Of a stretch of DNA of 64,000 nucleotides, positions 1 through 15,000 are shown in pieces. The notes under the pieces are model-generated. The model was not told the origin of the DNA. It saw nothing but the letters and a program-made list of their open reading frames with translations, and searched no databases. The DNA is from Eledone cirrhosa (Eukaryota): NCBI GenBank assembly GCA_964016885.1, contig OZ024745.1, forward strand, positions 47,120,001 to 47,184,000. Direction: 5' to 3'. Position 1 is the first letter of the stretch; the number at the start of each line of letters is the position of its first letter. Position numbers and translations under genes: made by a program.

Positions 1-3000
1 AGGAACATCTTATCATGACACCAGCACTACCACCTTACAGTGTGAACTAGGAGCATTTTATCATGACACCAGCACTACCACCTTACAGTGTGTACTGGGA
101 GCATTTTATCATGACACCAGCACTACCACCTTACAGTGTGAACTAGAAGCATTTTATCATGACACCAGCACTACCACCTTACAGTGTGAACTAGGAACAT
201 CTTATCATGACACCAGCACTACCACCTTACAGTGTGAACTAGGAGCATTTTATCATGACACCAGCACTACCACCTTACAGTGTGTACTGGGAGCATTTTA
301 TCATGACACCAGCACTACCACCTTACAGTGTGAACTGGGAACATTTTATCATGACACCAGCACTAACACCTTACAGTGTGAACTAGGAGCATTTTATCAT
401 GACACCAGCACTACCACCTTACAGTGTGAACTGGGAACATTTTATCATGACACCAGCACTACCACCTTACAGTGTGAACTAGGAGCATTTTATCATGACA
501 CCAGCACTACCACCTTACAGTGTGAACTGGGAACATTTTATCATGACACCAGCACTACCACCTTACAGTGTGAACTGGGAACATTTTATCATGACACCAG
601 CACTAACTCCTTACAGTGTTAACTAGAAGCATTTTATCATGACACCAGCACTACCACCTTACAGTGTTAACTAGAAGCATGTTATCATGACACCAGCACT
701 ACCACCTTACAGTGTGAACTGGGAACATTTTATCATGACACCAGCACTAACTCCTTACAGTGTTAACTAGAAGCATTTTATCATGACACCAGCACTACCA
801 CCTTACAGTGTTAACTAGAAGCATGTTATCATGACACCAGCACTACCACCTTACAGTGTGAACTGGGAACATTTTATCATGACACCAGCACTACCACCTT
901 ACAGTGTGTACTGGGAACATTTTATCATGACACCAGCACTACCACCTTACAGTGTGTACTGGGAACATTTTATCATGACACCAGCACTAACTCCTTACAG
1001 TGTGTACTGGGAACATTTTATCATGACACCAGCACTACCACCTTGCAGTGTGAACTGGGAGCATTTTATCATGACACCAGCACTACCACCTTACAGTGTG
1101 AACTGGGAGCATTTTATCATGACACCAGCACTACCACCTTACAGTGTGTACTGGGAACATTTTATCATGACACCAGCACTACCACCTTACAGTGTGAACT
1201 AGGAGCATGTTATCATGACACCAGCACTACCACCTTACAGTGTGAACTAGGAGCATGTTATCATGACACCAGCACTACCACCTTACAGTGTGTACTGGGA
1301 GCATTTTATCATGACACCAGCACTACCACCTTACAGTGTGAACTAGAAGCATGTTATCACGACACCAGCACTACCACCTTACAGTGTGAACTAGGAGCAT
1401 GTTATCATGACACCAGCACTACCACCTTACAGTGTGAACTGGGAACATTTTATCATGACACCAGCACTACCACCTTACAGTGTGAACTAGGAGCATGTTA
1501 TCATGACACCAGCACTACCACCTTACAGTGTGAACTGGGAATATTTTATCATGACACCAGCACTACCACCTTACAGTGTGTACTGGGAGCATGTTATCAT
1601 GACACCAGCACTACCACCTTACAGTGTGAACTAGAAGCATTTTATCATGACACCAGCACTACCACCTTACAGTGTGTACTGGGAACATTTTATCATGACA
1701 CCAGCACTACCACCTTACAGTGTGTACTGGGAACATTTTATCATGACACCAGCACTACCACCTTACAGTGTGAACTAGGAGCATTTTATCATGACACCAG
1801 CACTACCACCTTACAGTGTGTACTGGGAGCATTTTATCATGACACCAGCACTACCACCTTACAGTGTGAACTGGGAACATTTTATCATGACACCAGCACT
1901 ACCACCTTACAGTGTGTACTGGGAACATTTTATCATGACACCAGCACTACCACCTTACAGTGTGTACTGGGAACATTTTATCATGACACCAGCACTACCA
2001 CCTTACAGTGTGAACTAGGAGCATTTTATCATGACACCAGCACTACCACCTTACAGTGTGTACTGGGAGCATTTTATCATGACACCAGCACTACAACCTT
2101 ACAGTGGGAACTAGGAGCATTTTCTCATGACACCAGCACTACCACCTTACAGTGTGAACTAGGAACATTTTATCATGACACCAGCACTACCACCTTACAG
2201 TGTGAAGTGGGAGCATGTTATCATGACACCAGCACTACCACCTTACAGTGTGAACTAGGAGCATTTTATCATGACACCAGCACTACCACCTTACAGTGTG
2301 AACTGGGAACATTTTATCATGACACCAGCACTACCACATTACAGTGTGAACTGGGAGCATTTTATCATGACACCAGCACTACCACCTTACAGTGTGTACT
2401 GGGAACATTTTATCATGACACCAGCACTACCACCTTACAGTGTGAACTGGGAACATTTTATCATGACACCAGCACTACCACCTTACAGTGTGTACTGGGA
2501 ACATTTTATCATGACACCAGCACTACCACCTTACAGTGTGAACTGGGAGCATGTTATCATGACACCAACACTACCACCTTACAGTGTGAACTGGGAGCAT
2601 TTTATCATGACACCAGCACTACCACCTTACAGTGTGTACTGGGAACATTTTATCATGACACCAGCACTACCACCTTACAGTGTGAACTAGGAGCATTTTA
2701 TCATGACACCAGCACTACCACCTTACAGTGTGTACTGGGAGCATTTTATCATGACACCAGCACTACCACCTTACAGTGTGAACTGGGAACATTTTATCAT
2801 GACACCAGCACTACCACCTTATAGTGTGTACTGGGAACATTTTATCATGACACCAGCACTACCACCTTACAGTGTGAACTGGGAACATTTTATCATGACA
2901 CCAGCACTACCACCTTACAGTGTGTACTGGGAGCATTTTATCATGACACCAGCACTACCACCTTACAGTGTGTACTGGGAACATTTTATCATGACACCAG

Positions 3001-6000
3001 CACTACCACCTTACAGTGTGAACTAGGAGCATGTTATCATGACACCAGCACTACCACCTTACAGTGTGAACTAGGAGCATTTTATCATGACACCAGCACT
3101 ACCACCTTACAGTGTGAACTAGGAGCATGTTATCATGACACCAGCACTACCACCTTACAGTGTGAACTAGGAGCATTTTATCATGACACCAGCACTACCA
3201 CCTTACAGTGTGTACTGGGAACATTTTATCATGACACCAGCACTAACTCCTTACAGTGTGTACTGGGAACATTTTATCATGACACCAGCACTACCACCTT
3301 GCAGTGTGAACTGGGAGCATTTTATCATGACACCAGCACTACCACCTTACAGTGTGAACTGGGAGCATTTTATCATGACACCAGCACTACCACCTTACAG
3401 TGTGTACTGGGAACATTTTATCATGACACCAGCACTACCACCTTACAGTGTGAACTAGGAGCATGTTATCATGACACCAGCACTACCACCTTACAGTGTG
3501 AACTAGGAGCATGTTATCATGACACCAGCACTACCACCTTACAGTGTGTACTGGGAGCATTTTATCATGACACCAGCACTACCACCTTACAGTGTGAACT
3601 AGAAGCATGTTATCACGACACCAGCACTACCACCTTACAGTGTGAACTAGGAGCATGTTATCATGACACCAGCACTACCACCTTACAGTGTGAACTGGGA
3701 ACATTTTATCATGACACCAGCACTACAACCTTACAGTGGGAACTAGGAGCATTTTCTCATGACACCAGCACTACCACCTTACAGTGTGAACTAGGAACAT
3801 TTTATCATGACACCAGCACTACCACCTTACAGTGTGAAGTGGGAGCATGTTATCATGACACCAGCACTACCACCTTACAGTGTGAACTAGGAGCATTTTA
3901 TCATGACACCAGCACTACCACCTTACAGTGTGAACTGGGAACATTTTATCATGACACCAGCACTACCACATTACAGTGTGAACTGGGAGCATTTTATCAT
4001 GACACCAGCACTACCACCTTACAGTGTGAACTGGGAGCATGTTATCATGACACCAACACTACCACCTTACAGTGTGAACTGGGAGCATTTTATCATGACA
4101 CCAGCACTACCACCTTACAGTGTGTACTGGGAACATTTTATCATGACACCAGCACTACCACCTTACAATGTGAACTAGGAGCATTTTATCATGACACCAG
4201 CACTACCACCTTACAGTGTGTACTGGGAGCATTTTATCATGACACCAGCACTACCACCTTACAGTGTGAACTGGGAACATTTTATCATGACACCAGCACT
4301 ACCACCTTATAGTGTGTACTGGGAACATTTTATCATGACACCAGCACTACCACCTTACAGTGTGAACTGGGAACATTTTATCATGACACCAGCACTACCA
4401 CCTTACAGTGTGTACTGGGAACATTTTATCATGACACCAGCACTACCACCTTACAGTGTGTACTGGGAGCATTTTATCATGACACCAGCACTACCACCTT
4501 ACAGTGTCAACTAGGAGCATTTTCTCATGACACCAGCACTACCACCTTACAGTGTGAACTAGGAGCATGTTATCATGACACCAGCACTACCACCTTACAG
4601 TGTGAACTAGGAGCATTTTATCATGACACCAGCACTACCACCTTACAGTGTGAACTAGGAGCATGTTATCATGACACCAGCACTACCACCTTACAGTGTG
4701 AACTAGGAGCATTTTATCATGACACCAGCACTACCACCTTACAGTGTGTACTGGGAGCATTTTATCATGACACCAGCACTACCACCTTACAGTGTGAACT
4801 GGGAACATTTTATCATGACACCAGCACTACCACCTTACAGTGTGTACTGGGAACATTTTATCATGACACCAGCACTACCACCTTACAGTGTGTACTGGGA
4901 ACATTTTATCATGACACCAGCACTACCACCTTACAGTGTGAACTAGGAGCATTTTATCATGACACCAGCACTACCACCTTACAGTGTGTACTGGGAGCAT
5001 TTTATCATGACACCAGCACTACCACCTTACAGTGTCAACTAGGAGCATTTTTTCATGACACCAGCACTACCACCTTACAGTGTGAACTAGGAACATTTTA
5101 TCATGACACCAGCACTACCACCTTACAGTGTGAAGTGGGAGCATGTTATCATGACACCAGCACTACCACCTTACAGTGTGAACTAGGAGCATTTTATCAT
5201 GACACCAGCACTACCACCTTACAGTGTGAACTGGGAACATTTTATCATGACACCAGCACTACCACCTTACAGTGTGTACTGGGAACATTTTATCATGACA
5301 CCAGCACTACCACCTTACAGTGTGAACTGGGAGCATGTTATCATGACACCAACACTACCACCTTACAGTGTGAACTGGGAGCATTTTATCATGACACCAG
5401 CACTACCACCTTACAGTGTGTACTGGGAACATTTTATCATGACACCAGCACTACCACCTTAGAGTGTGAACTAGGAGCATTTTATCATGACACCAGCACT
5501 ACCACCTTACAGTGTGTACTGGGAGCATTTTATCATGACACCAGCACTACCACCTTACAGTGTGAACTGGGAACATTTTATCATGACACCCGCACTACCA
5601 CCTTACAGTGTGTACTGGGAACATTTTATCATGACACCAGCACTACCACCTTACAGTGTGAACTGGGAACATTTTATCATGACACCAGCACTACCACCTT
5701 ACAGTGTGTACTGGGAGCATTTTATCATGACACCAGCACTACCACCTTACAGTGTGAACTAGGAGCATGTTATCATGACACCAGCACTACCACCTTACAG
5801 TGTGAACTAGGAGCATTTTATCATGACACCAGCACTACCACCTTACAATGTGTACTGGGAGCATGTTATCATGACACCAGCACTACCACCTTACAGTGTG
5901 TACTGGGAGCATTTTATCATGACACCAGCACTACCACCTTACAGTGTGTACTGGGAGCATTTTATCATGACACCAGCACTACCACCTTACAGTGTGAACT

Positions 6001-9000
6001 AGGAGCATTTTATCATGACACCAGCACTACCACTTTACAATGTGTACTGGGAGCATGTTATCATGACACCAGCACTACCACCTTACAGTGTGTACTGGGA
6101 GCATTTTATCATGACACCAGCACTACCAACTTACAGTGTGTACTGGGAGCATTTTATCATGACACCAGCACTACCACCTTACAGTGTGAACTAGGAGCAT
6201 TTTATCATGACACCAGCACTACCACCTTACAGTGTGTACTGGGAGCATTTTATCATGACACCAGCACTACCACCTTACAGTGTGAACTAGGAGCATGTTA
6301 TCATGACACCAGCACTACCACCTTACAGTGTGAACTAGAAGCATTTTATCATGACACCAGCACTACCACCTTACAGTGTGAACTAGGAGCATGTTATCAT
6401 GACACCAGCACTACCACCTTACAGTGTGAAGTAGGAGCATGTTATCATGACACCAGCACTACCACCTTACAGTGTGAACTAGGAGCATTTTATCATGACA
6501 CCAGCACTACCACCTTACAGTGTGAACTAGGAGCATGTTATCATGAGACCAGCACTACAACTTACAGTGTGAACTGGGAACATTTTATCATGACACCAGC
6601 ACTACCACCTTACAGTGTGAACTAGGAGCATGTTATCATGACACCAGCACTACCACCTTACAGTGTGAACTGGGAACATTTTATCATGACACCAGCACTA
6701 CCACCTTACAGTGTGAACTAGAAGCATTTTATCATGACACCAGCACTACCACCTTACAGTGTGTACTGGGAACATTTTATCATGACACCAGCACTACCAC
6801 CTTACAGTGTGAACTAGGATCATTTTATCATGACACCAGCACTACCACCTTACAGTGTGTACTGGGAGCATTTTATCATGACACCAGCACTACCACCTTA
6901 CAGTGTGAACTAGGAGCATTTTATCATGACACCAGCACTACCACCTTACAGTGTGAACTAGGAGCATTTTATCATGACACCAGCACTACCACCTTACTGT
7001 GTGAACTGGGAACATTTTATCATGACACCAGCACTACCACCTTACAGTGTGTACTGGGAACATTTTATCATGACACCAGCACTACCACCTTACAGTGTGT
7101 ACTGGGAACATTTTATCATGACACCAGCACTACCACCTTACAGTGTGAACTGGGAACATTTTATCATGACACCAGCATTACCACCTTACAGTGTGTACTG
7201 GGAGCATTTTATCATGACACCAGCACTACCACCTTACAGTGTGAACTAGGAACATGTTATCATGATACCAGCACTACCACCTTACAGTGTGTACTGGGAA
7301 CATGTTATCATGACACCAGCACTACCACCTTACAGTGTGAAGTAGGAGTATTTTATCATGACACCAGCACTACCACCTTACAGTGTGAACTAGGAGCATG
7401 TTATCATGACACCAGCACTACCACCTTACAGTGTGTACTGGGAGCATGTTATCATGACACCAGCACTACCACCTTACAGTGTGAACTAGAAGCATTTTAT
7501 CATGACACCAGCACTACCACCTTACAGTGTGAACTAGGAGCATGTTATCATGACACCAGCACTACATCCTTACAGTGTGAACTGGGAACATTTTATCATG
7601 ACACCAGCACTACCACCTTACAGTGTGAACTGGGAGCATGTTATCATGACACCAGCACTACCACCTTACAGTGTGAACTAGGAACATTTTATCATGACAC
7701 CAGCACTACCACCTTACAGTGTGAACTAGGAGCATGTTATCATGACACCAGCACTACCACCTTACAGTGTGTACTGGGAGCATTTTATCATGACACCAGC
7801 ACTACCACCTTACAGTGTGAACTAGGAGAGTGTTATCATGACACACGCACTACCACCTTACAGTGTGAACTGGGAGCATTTTATCATGACACCAGCACTA
7901 CCACCTTACAGTGTGAACTAGGAGCATGTTATCATGACACCAGCACTACCACCTTACAGTGTGAACTGGGAGCATGTTATCATGACACCAGCACTACCAC
8001 CTTACAGTGTGAACTAGGAGCATGTTATCATGACACCAGCACTACCACCTTACAGTGTGAACTGGGAACATGTTATCATGACACCAGCACTACCACCTTA
8101 CAGTGTGAACTAGGAGCATTTTATCATGACACCAGCACTACCACCTTACAGTGTGTACTAGGAACATGTTATCATGACACCAGCACTACCACCTTACAGT
8201 GTGAACTGGGAACATGTTATCATGACACCAGCACTACCACCTTACAGTGTGAACTAGGAGCATGTTATCATGACACCAGCACTACCACCTTACAGTGTGA
8301 ACTGGGAGCATGTTATCATGACACCAGCACTACCACCTTACAGTGTGTACTGGGAGCATGTTATCATGACACCAGCACTACCACCTTACAGCGTGAACTG
8401 GGAACATGTTATCATGACACCAGCACTACCACCTTACAGTGTGTACTGGGAGCATGTTATCATGACACCAGCACTACCACCTTACAGTGTGAACTAGGAG
8501 CATTTTATCATGACACCAGCACTACCACCTTACAGCGTGAACTGGGAGCATTTTATCATAACACCAGTACTACCACCTTACAGTGTGAACTAGGAGCATG
8601 TTATCATGACACCAGCACTACCACCTTACAGTGTGTACTAGGAGCATTTTATCATGACACCAGCACTACCACCTTACAGTGTGAACTAGGAGCATGTTAT
8701 CATGACACCAGCACTACCACCTTACAGTGTGTACTGGGAGCATTTTATCATGACACCGGCACTACCAGCTTACAGCGTGAACTGGGAGCATTTTATCATG
8801 ACACCAGCACTACCACCTTACAGTGTGAACTGGGAGCATTTTATCATGACACCAGCACTACCAGCTTACAGCGTGAACTGGGGACATGTTATCATGACAC
8901 CAGCACTACCACCTTACAGTGTGTACTGGGAACATTTTATCATGACACCAGCACTACCACCTTACAGTGTGAACTAGGAGAATTTTATCATGACACCAGC

Positions 9001-12000
9001 ACTACCACCTTACAGTGTGAACTGGGAACATGTTATCATGATACCAGAACTACCACCTTACAGTGTGTACTGGGAGCATGTTATCATGACACCAGCACTA
9101 CCACCTTACAGTGTGTACTGGGAGCATGTTATCATGACACCAACACTACCACCTTACAGTGTGAACTAGGCGCATGTTATCATGACACCAGCACTACCAC
9201 CTTACAGTGTGAACTGGGAGCATTTTATCATGACACCAGCACTACCACCTTACAGTGTGAACTAGGAGCATTTTATCATGACACCAGCACTACCACCTTA
9301 CAGTGTGAACTGGGAGCATTTTATCATGACACCAGCACTACCACTTTACAGTGTGAACTGGGAACATTTTATCATGACACCAGCACTACCACCTTACAGT
9401 GTGTACTGGGAGCATTTTATCATGACACCAGCACTACCACCTTACAGTGTGTACTGGGAGCATGTTATCATGATACCAGCACTACCACCTTACAGTGTGT
9501 ACTGGGAACATTTTATCATGACACCAGCACAACCACCTTACAGTGTGAACTAGGAGCATGTTATCATGACACCAGCACTACCACCTTACAGTGTGTACTG
9601 GGAGCATGTTATCATGACACCAGCACTACCACCTTACAGTGTGTACTGGGAACATTTTATCATGACACCAGCACTACCACCTTACAGTGTGTACTGGGAA
9701 CATTTTATCATGACACCAGGACTACCACCTTACAGTGTGTACTGGGAACATTTTATCATGACACCAGGACTACCACCTTACAGTGTGTACTGGGAGCATG
9801 TTATCATGACACCAGCACTACCACCTTACAGTGTGAACTGGGAGCATTTTATCATGACACCAGCACTACCACCTTACAGTGTGAACTGGGAACATTTTAT
9901 CATGACACCAGCACTATCACCTTACAGTGTGTACTGGGAACATTTTATCATGACACCAGCACTACCACCTTACAGTGTGTACAGGGAGCATGTTATCATG
10001 ACACCAGCACTACCACCTTACAGCGTGAACTGGGAACATGTTATCATGACACCAGCACTACCACCTTACACTGTGAACTGGGAACATGTTATCATGACAC
10101 CAGCACTACCACCTTACAGTGTGAACTAGGAGCATGTTATCATGACACCAGCACTACCACCTTACAGTGTGAACTGGGAGCATGTTATCATGACACCAGC
10201 ACTACTACCTTACAGTGTGTACTGGGAGCATGTTATCATGACACCAGCACTACCACCTTACAGCGTGAACTGGGAGCATGTTATCATAACACCAGCACTA
10301 CCACCTTACAGTGTGAACTAGGAGCATGTTATCATGACACCAGCACTACCACCTTACAGTGTGTACTAGGAGCATTTTATCATGACACCAGCACTACCAC
10401 CTTACAGTGTGAACTAGGAGCATGTTATCATGACACCAGCACTACCACCTTACAGTGTGTACTGGGAGCATTTTATCATGACACCGGCACTACCAGCTTA
10501 CAGTGTGAACTGGGAGCATTTTATCATGACACCAGCACTACCACCTTACAGTGTGAACTGGGAGCATTTTATCATGACACCAGCACTACCAGCTTACAGC
10601 GTGAACTGGGGAGATGTTATCATGACACCAGCACTACCACCTTACAGTGTGTACTGGGAACATTTTATCATGACACCAGCACTACCACCTTACAGTGTGA
10701 ACTAGGAGAATTTTATCATGACACCAGCACTACCACCTTACAGTGTGAACTGGGAACATGTTATCATGATACCAGAACTACCACCTTACAGTGTGTACTG
10801 GGAGCATGTTATCATGACACCAGCACTACCACCTTACAGTGTGTACTGGGAGCATGTTATCATGACACCAACACTACCACCTTACAGTGTGAACTAGGCG
10901 CATGTTATCATGACACCAGCACTACCACCTTACAGTGTGAACTGGGAGCATTTTATCATGACACCAGCACTACCACCTTACAGTGTGAACTAGGAGCATT
11001 TTATCATGACACCAGCACTACCACTTTACAGTGTGAACTGGGAACATTTTATCATGACACCAGCACTACCACCTTACAGTGTGAACTGGGAACATTTTAT
11101 CATGACACCAGCACTATCACCTTACAGTGTGTACTGGGAACATTTTATCATGACACCAGCACTACCACCTTACAGTGTGTACAGGGAGCATGTTATCATG
11201 ACACCAGCACTACCACCTTACAGCGTGAACTGGGAACATGTTATCATGACACCAGCACTACCACCTTACAGTGTGAACTGGGAACATGTTATCATGACAC
11301 CAGCACTACCACCTTACAGTGTGTACTAGGAACATTTTATCATGACACCAGCACTACCACCTTACAGTGTGAACTGGGAGCATGTTATCATGACACCAGC
11401 ACTACCACCTTACAGTGTGAACTAGGAGCATTTTATCATGACACCAGCACTACCACCTTACAGTGTGAACTAGGAGCATTTTATCATGACACCAGCACTA
11501 CCACCTTACAGTGTGAACTAGGAGCATTTTATCATGACACCAGCACTACCACCTTACAGTGTGTACTAGGAACATTTTATCATGACACCAGCACTACCAC
11601 CTTACAGTGTGAACTGGGAGCATTTTATCATGACACCAGCACTACCACCTTACACTGTGTACTGGGAACATTTTATCATGACACCAGCACTACCACCTTA
11701 CAGTGTGAACTGGGAACATTTTATCATGACACCAGCACTACCCCCTTACAGTGTGAACTGGGAACATTTTATCATGACACCAGCACTACCACCTTACAGT
11801 GTGAACTAGGAGCATTTTATCATGACACCAGCACTACCACCTTACAGTGTGTACTGGGAACATGTTATCATGACACCAGAACTACCACCTTACAGTGTGT
11901 ACTTGGAGCATGTTATCATGACACCAGCACTACCACCTTACAGTGTGAACTGGGAACATGTTATCATGACACCAGCACTACCACCTTACAGTGTGAACTA

Positions 12001-15000
12001 GGAGCATTTTATCATGACACCAGCACTACCACCTTACAGTGTTTACTGGGAGCATTTTATCATGACACCAGCACTACCACCTTACAGTGTGAACTAGGAG
12101 CATGTTATCATGACACCACACTACCCCCTTACAGTGTGAACTAGGAGCATTTTATCATGACACCAGCACTACCACCTTACAGTGTGAACTAGGAGCATGT
12201 TATCATGACACCAGCACTACCACCTTACAGTGTGTACTGGGAGCATTTTATCATGACACCAGCACTACCACCTTACTGTGTGAACTGGGAACATTTTATC
12301 ATGACACCAGCACTACCACCTTACAGTGTGTACTGGGAACATTTTATCATGACACCAGCACTACCACCTTACAGTGTGTACTGGGAACATTTTATCATGA
12401 CACCAGCACTACCACCTTACAGTGTGAACTGGGAACATTTTATCATGACACCAGCATTACCACCTTACAGTGTGTACTGGGAGCATTTTATCATGACACC
12501 AGCACTACCACCTTACAGTGTGAACTAGGAACATGTTATCATGACACCAGCACTACCACCTTACAGTGTGTACTGGGAGCATGTTATCATGACACCAGCA
12601 CTACCACCTTACAGTGTGAAGTAGGAGTATTTTATCATGACACCAGCACTACCACCTTACAGTGTGAACTAGGAGCATGTTATCATGACACCAGCACTAC
12701 CACCTTACAGTGTGTACTGGGAGCATGTTATCATGACACCAGCACTACCACCTTACAGTGTGAACTAGAAGCATTTTATCATGACACCAGCACTACCACC
12801 TTACAGTGTGAACTAGGAGCATGTTATCATGACACCAGCACTACATCCTTACAGTGTGAACTGGGAACATTTTATCATGACACCAGCACTACCACCTTAC
12901 AGTGTGAACTGGGAGCATGTTATCATGACACCAGCACTACCACCTTACAGTGTGAACTAGGAACATTTTATCATGACACCAGCACTACCACCTTACAGTG
13001 TGAACTAGGAGCATGTTATCATGACACCAGCACTACCACCTTACAGTGTGTACTGGGAGCATTTTATCATGACACCAGCACTACCACCTTACAGTGTGAA
13101 CTAGGAGAGTGTTATCATGACACACGCACTACCACCTTACAGTGTGAACTGGGAGCATTTTATCATGACACCAGCACTACCACCTTACAGTGTGAACTAG
13201 GAGCATGTTATCATGACACCAGCACTACCACCTTACAGTGTGAACTGGGAGCATGTTATCATGACACCAGCACTACCACCTTACAGTGTGAACTAGGAGC
13301 ATGTTATCATGACACCAGCACTACCACCTTACAGTGTGAACTGGGAACATGTTATCATGACACCAGCATTACCACCTTACAGTGTGAACTAGGAGCATTT
13401 TATCATGACACCAGCACTACCACCTTACAGTGTGTACTAGGAACATGTTATCATGACACCAGCACTACCACCTTACAGTGTGAACTGGGAACATGTTATC
13501 ATGACACCAGCACTACCACCTTACAGTGTGAACTAGGAGCATGTTATCATGACACCAGCACTACCACCTTACAGTGTGAACTGGGAGCATGTTATCATGA
13601 CACCAGCACTACCACCTTACAGTGTGTACTGGGAGCATGTTATCATGACACCAGCACTACCACCTTACAGCGTGAACTGGGAACATGTTATCATGACACC
13701 AGCACTACCACCTTACAGTGTGTACTGGGAGCATGTTATCATGACACCAGCACTACCACCTTACAGTGTGAACTAGGAGCATTTTATCATGATACCAGCA
13801 CTACCACCTTACAGCGTGAACTGGGAGCATTTTATCATAACACCAGCACTACCACCTTACAGTGTGAACTAGGAGCATGTTATCATGACACCAGCACTAC
13901 CACCTTACAGTGTGTACTAGGAGCATTTTATCATGACACCAGCACTACCACCTTACAGTGTGAACTAGGAGCATGTTATCATGACACCAGCACTACCACC
14001 TTACAGTGTGTACTGGGAGCATTTTATCATGACACCGGCACTACCAGCTTACAGCGTGAACTGGGAGCATTTTATCATGACACCAGCACTACCACCTTAC
14101 AGTGTGAACTGGGAGCATTTTATCATGACACCAGCACTACCAGCTTACAGCGTGAACTGGGGACATGTTATCATGACACCAGCACTACCACCTTACAGTG
14201 TGTACTGGGAACATTTTATCATGACACCAGCACTACCACCTTACAGTGTGAACTAGGAGAATTTTATCATGACACCAGCACTACCACCTTACAGTGTGAA
14301 CTGGGAACATGTTATCATGATACCAGAACTACCACCTTACAGTGTGTACTGGGAGCATGTTATCATGACACCAGCACTACCACCTTACAGTGTGTACTGG
14401 GAGCATGTTATCATGACACCAACACTACCACCTTACAGTGTGAACTAGGCGCATGTTATCATGACACCAGCACTACCACCTTACAGTGTGAACTGGGAGC
14501 ATTTTATCATGACACCAGCACTACCACCTTACAGTGTGAACTAGGAGCATTTTATCATGACACCAGCACTACCACCTTACAGTGTGAACTGGGAGCATTT
14601 TATCATGACACCAGCACTACCACTTTACAGTGTGAACTGGGAACATTTTATCATGACACCAGCACTACCACCTTACAGTGTGTACTGGGAGCATTTTATC
14701 ATGACACCAGCACTACCACCTTACAGTGTGTACTGGGAGCATGTTATCATGATACCAGCACTACCACCTTACAGTGTGTACTGGGAACATTTTATCATGA
14801 CACCAGCACTACCACCTTACAGTGTGAACTAGGAGCATGTTATCATGACACCAGCACTACCACCTTACAGTGTGTACTGGGAGCATGTTATCATGACACC
14901 AGCACTACCACCTTACAGTGTGTACTGGGAACATTTTATCATGACACCAGCACTACCACCTTACAGTGTGTACTGGGAACATTTTATCATGACACCAGGA

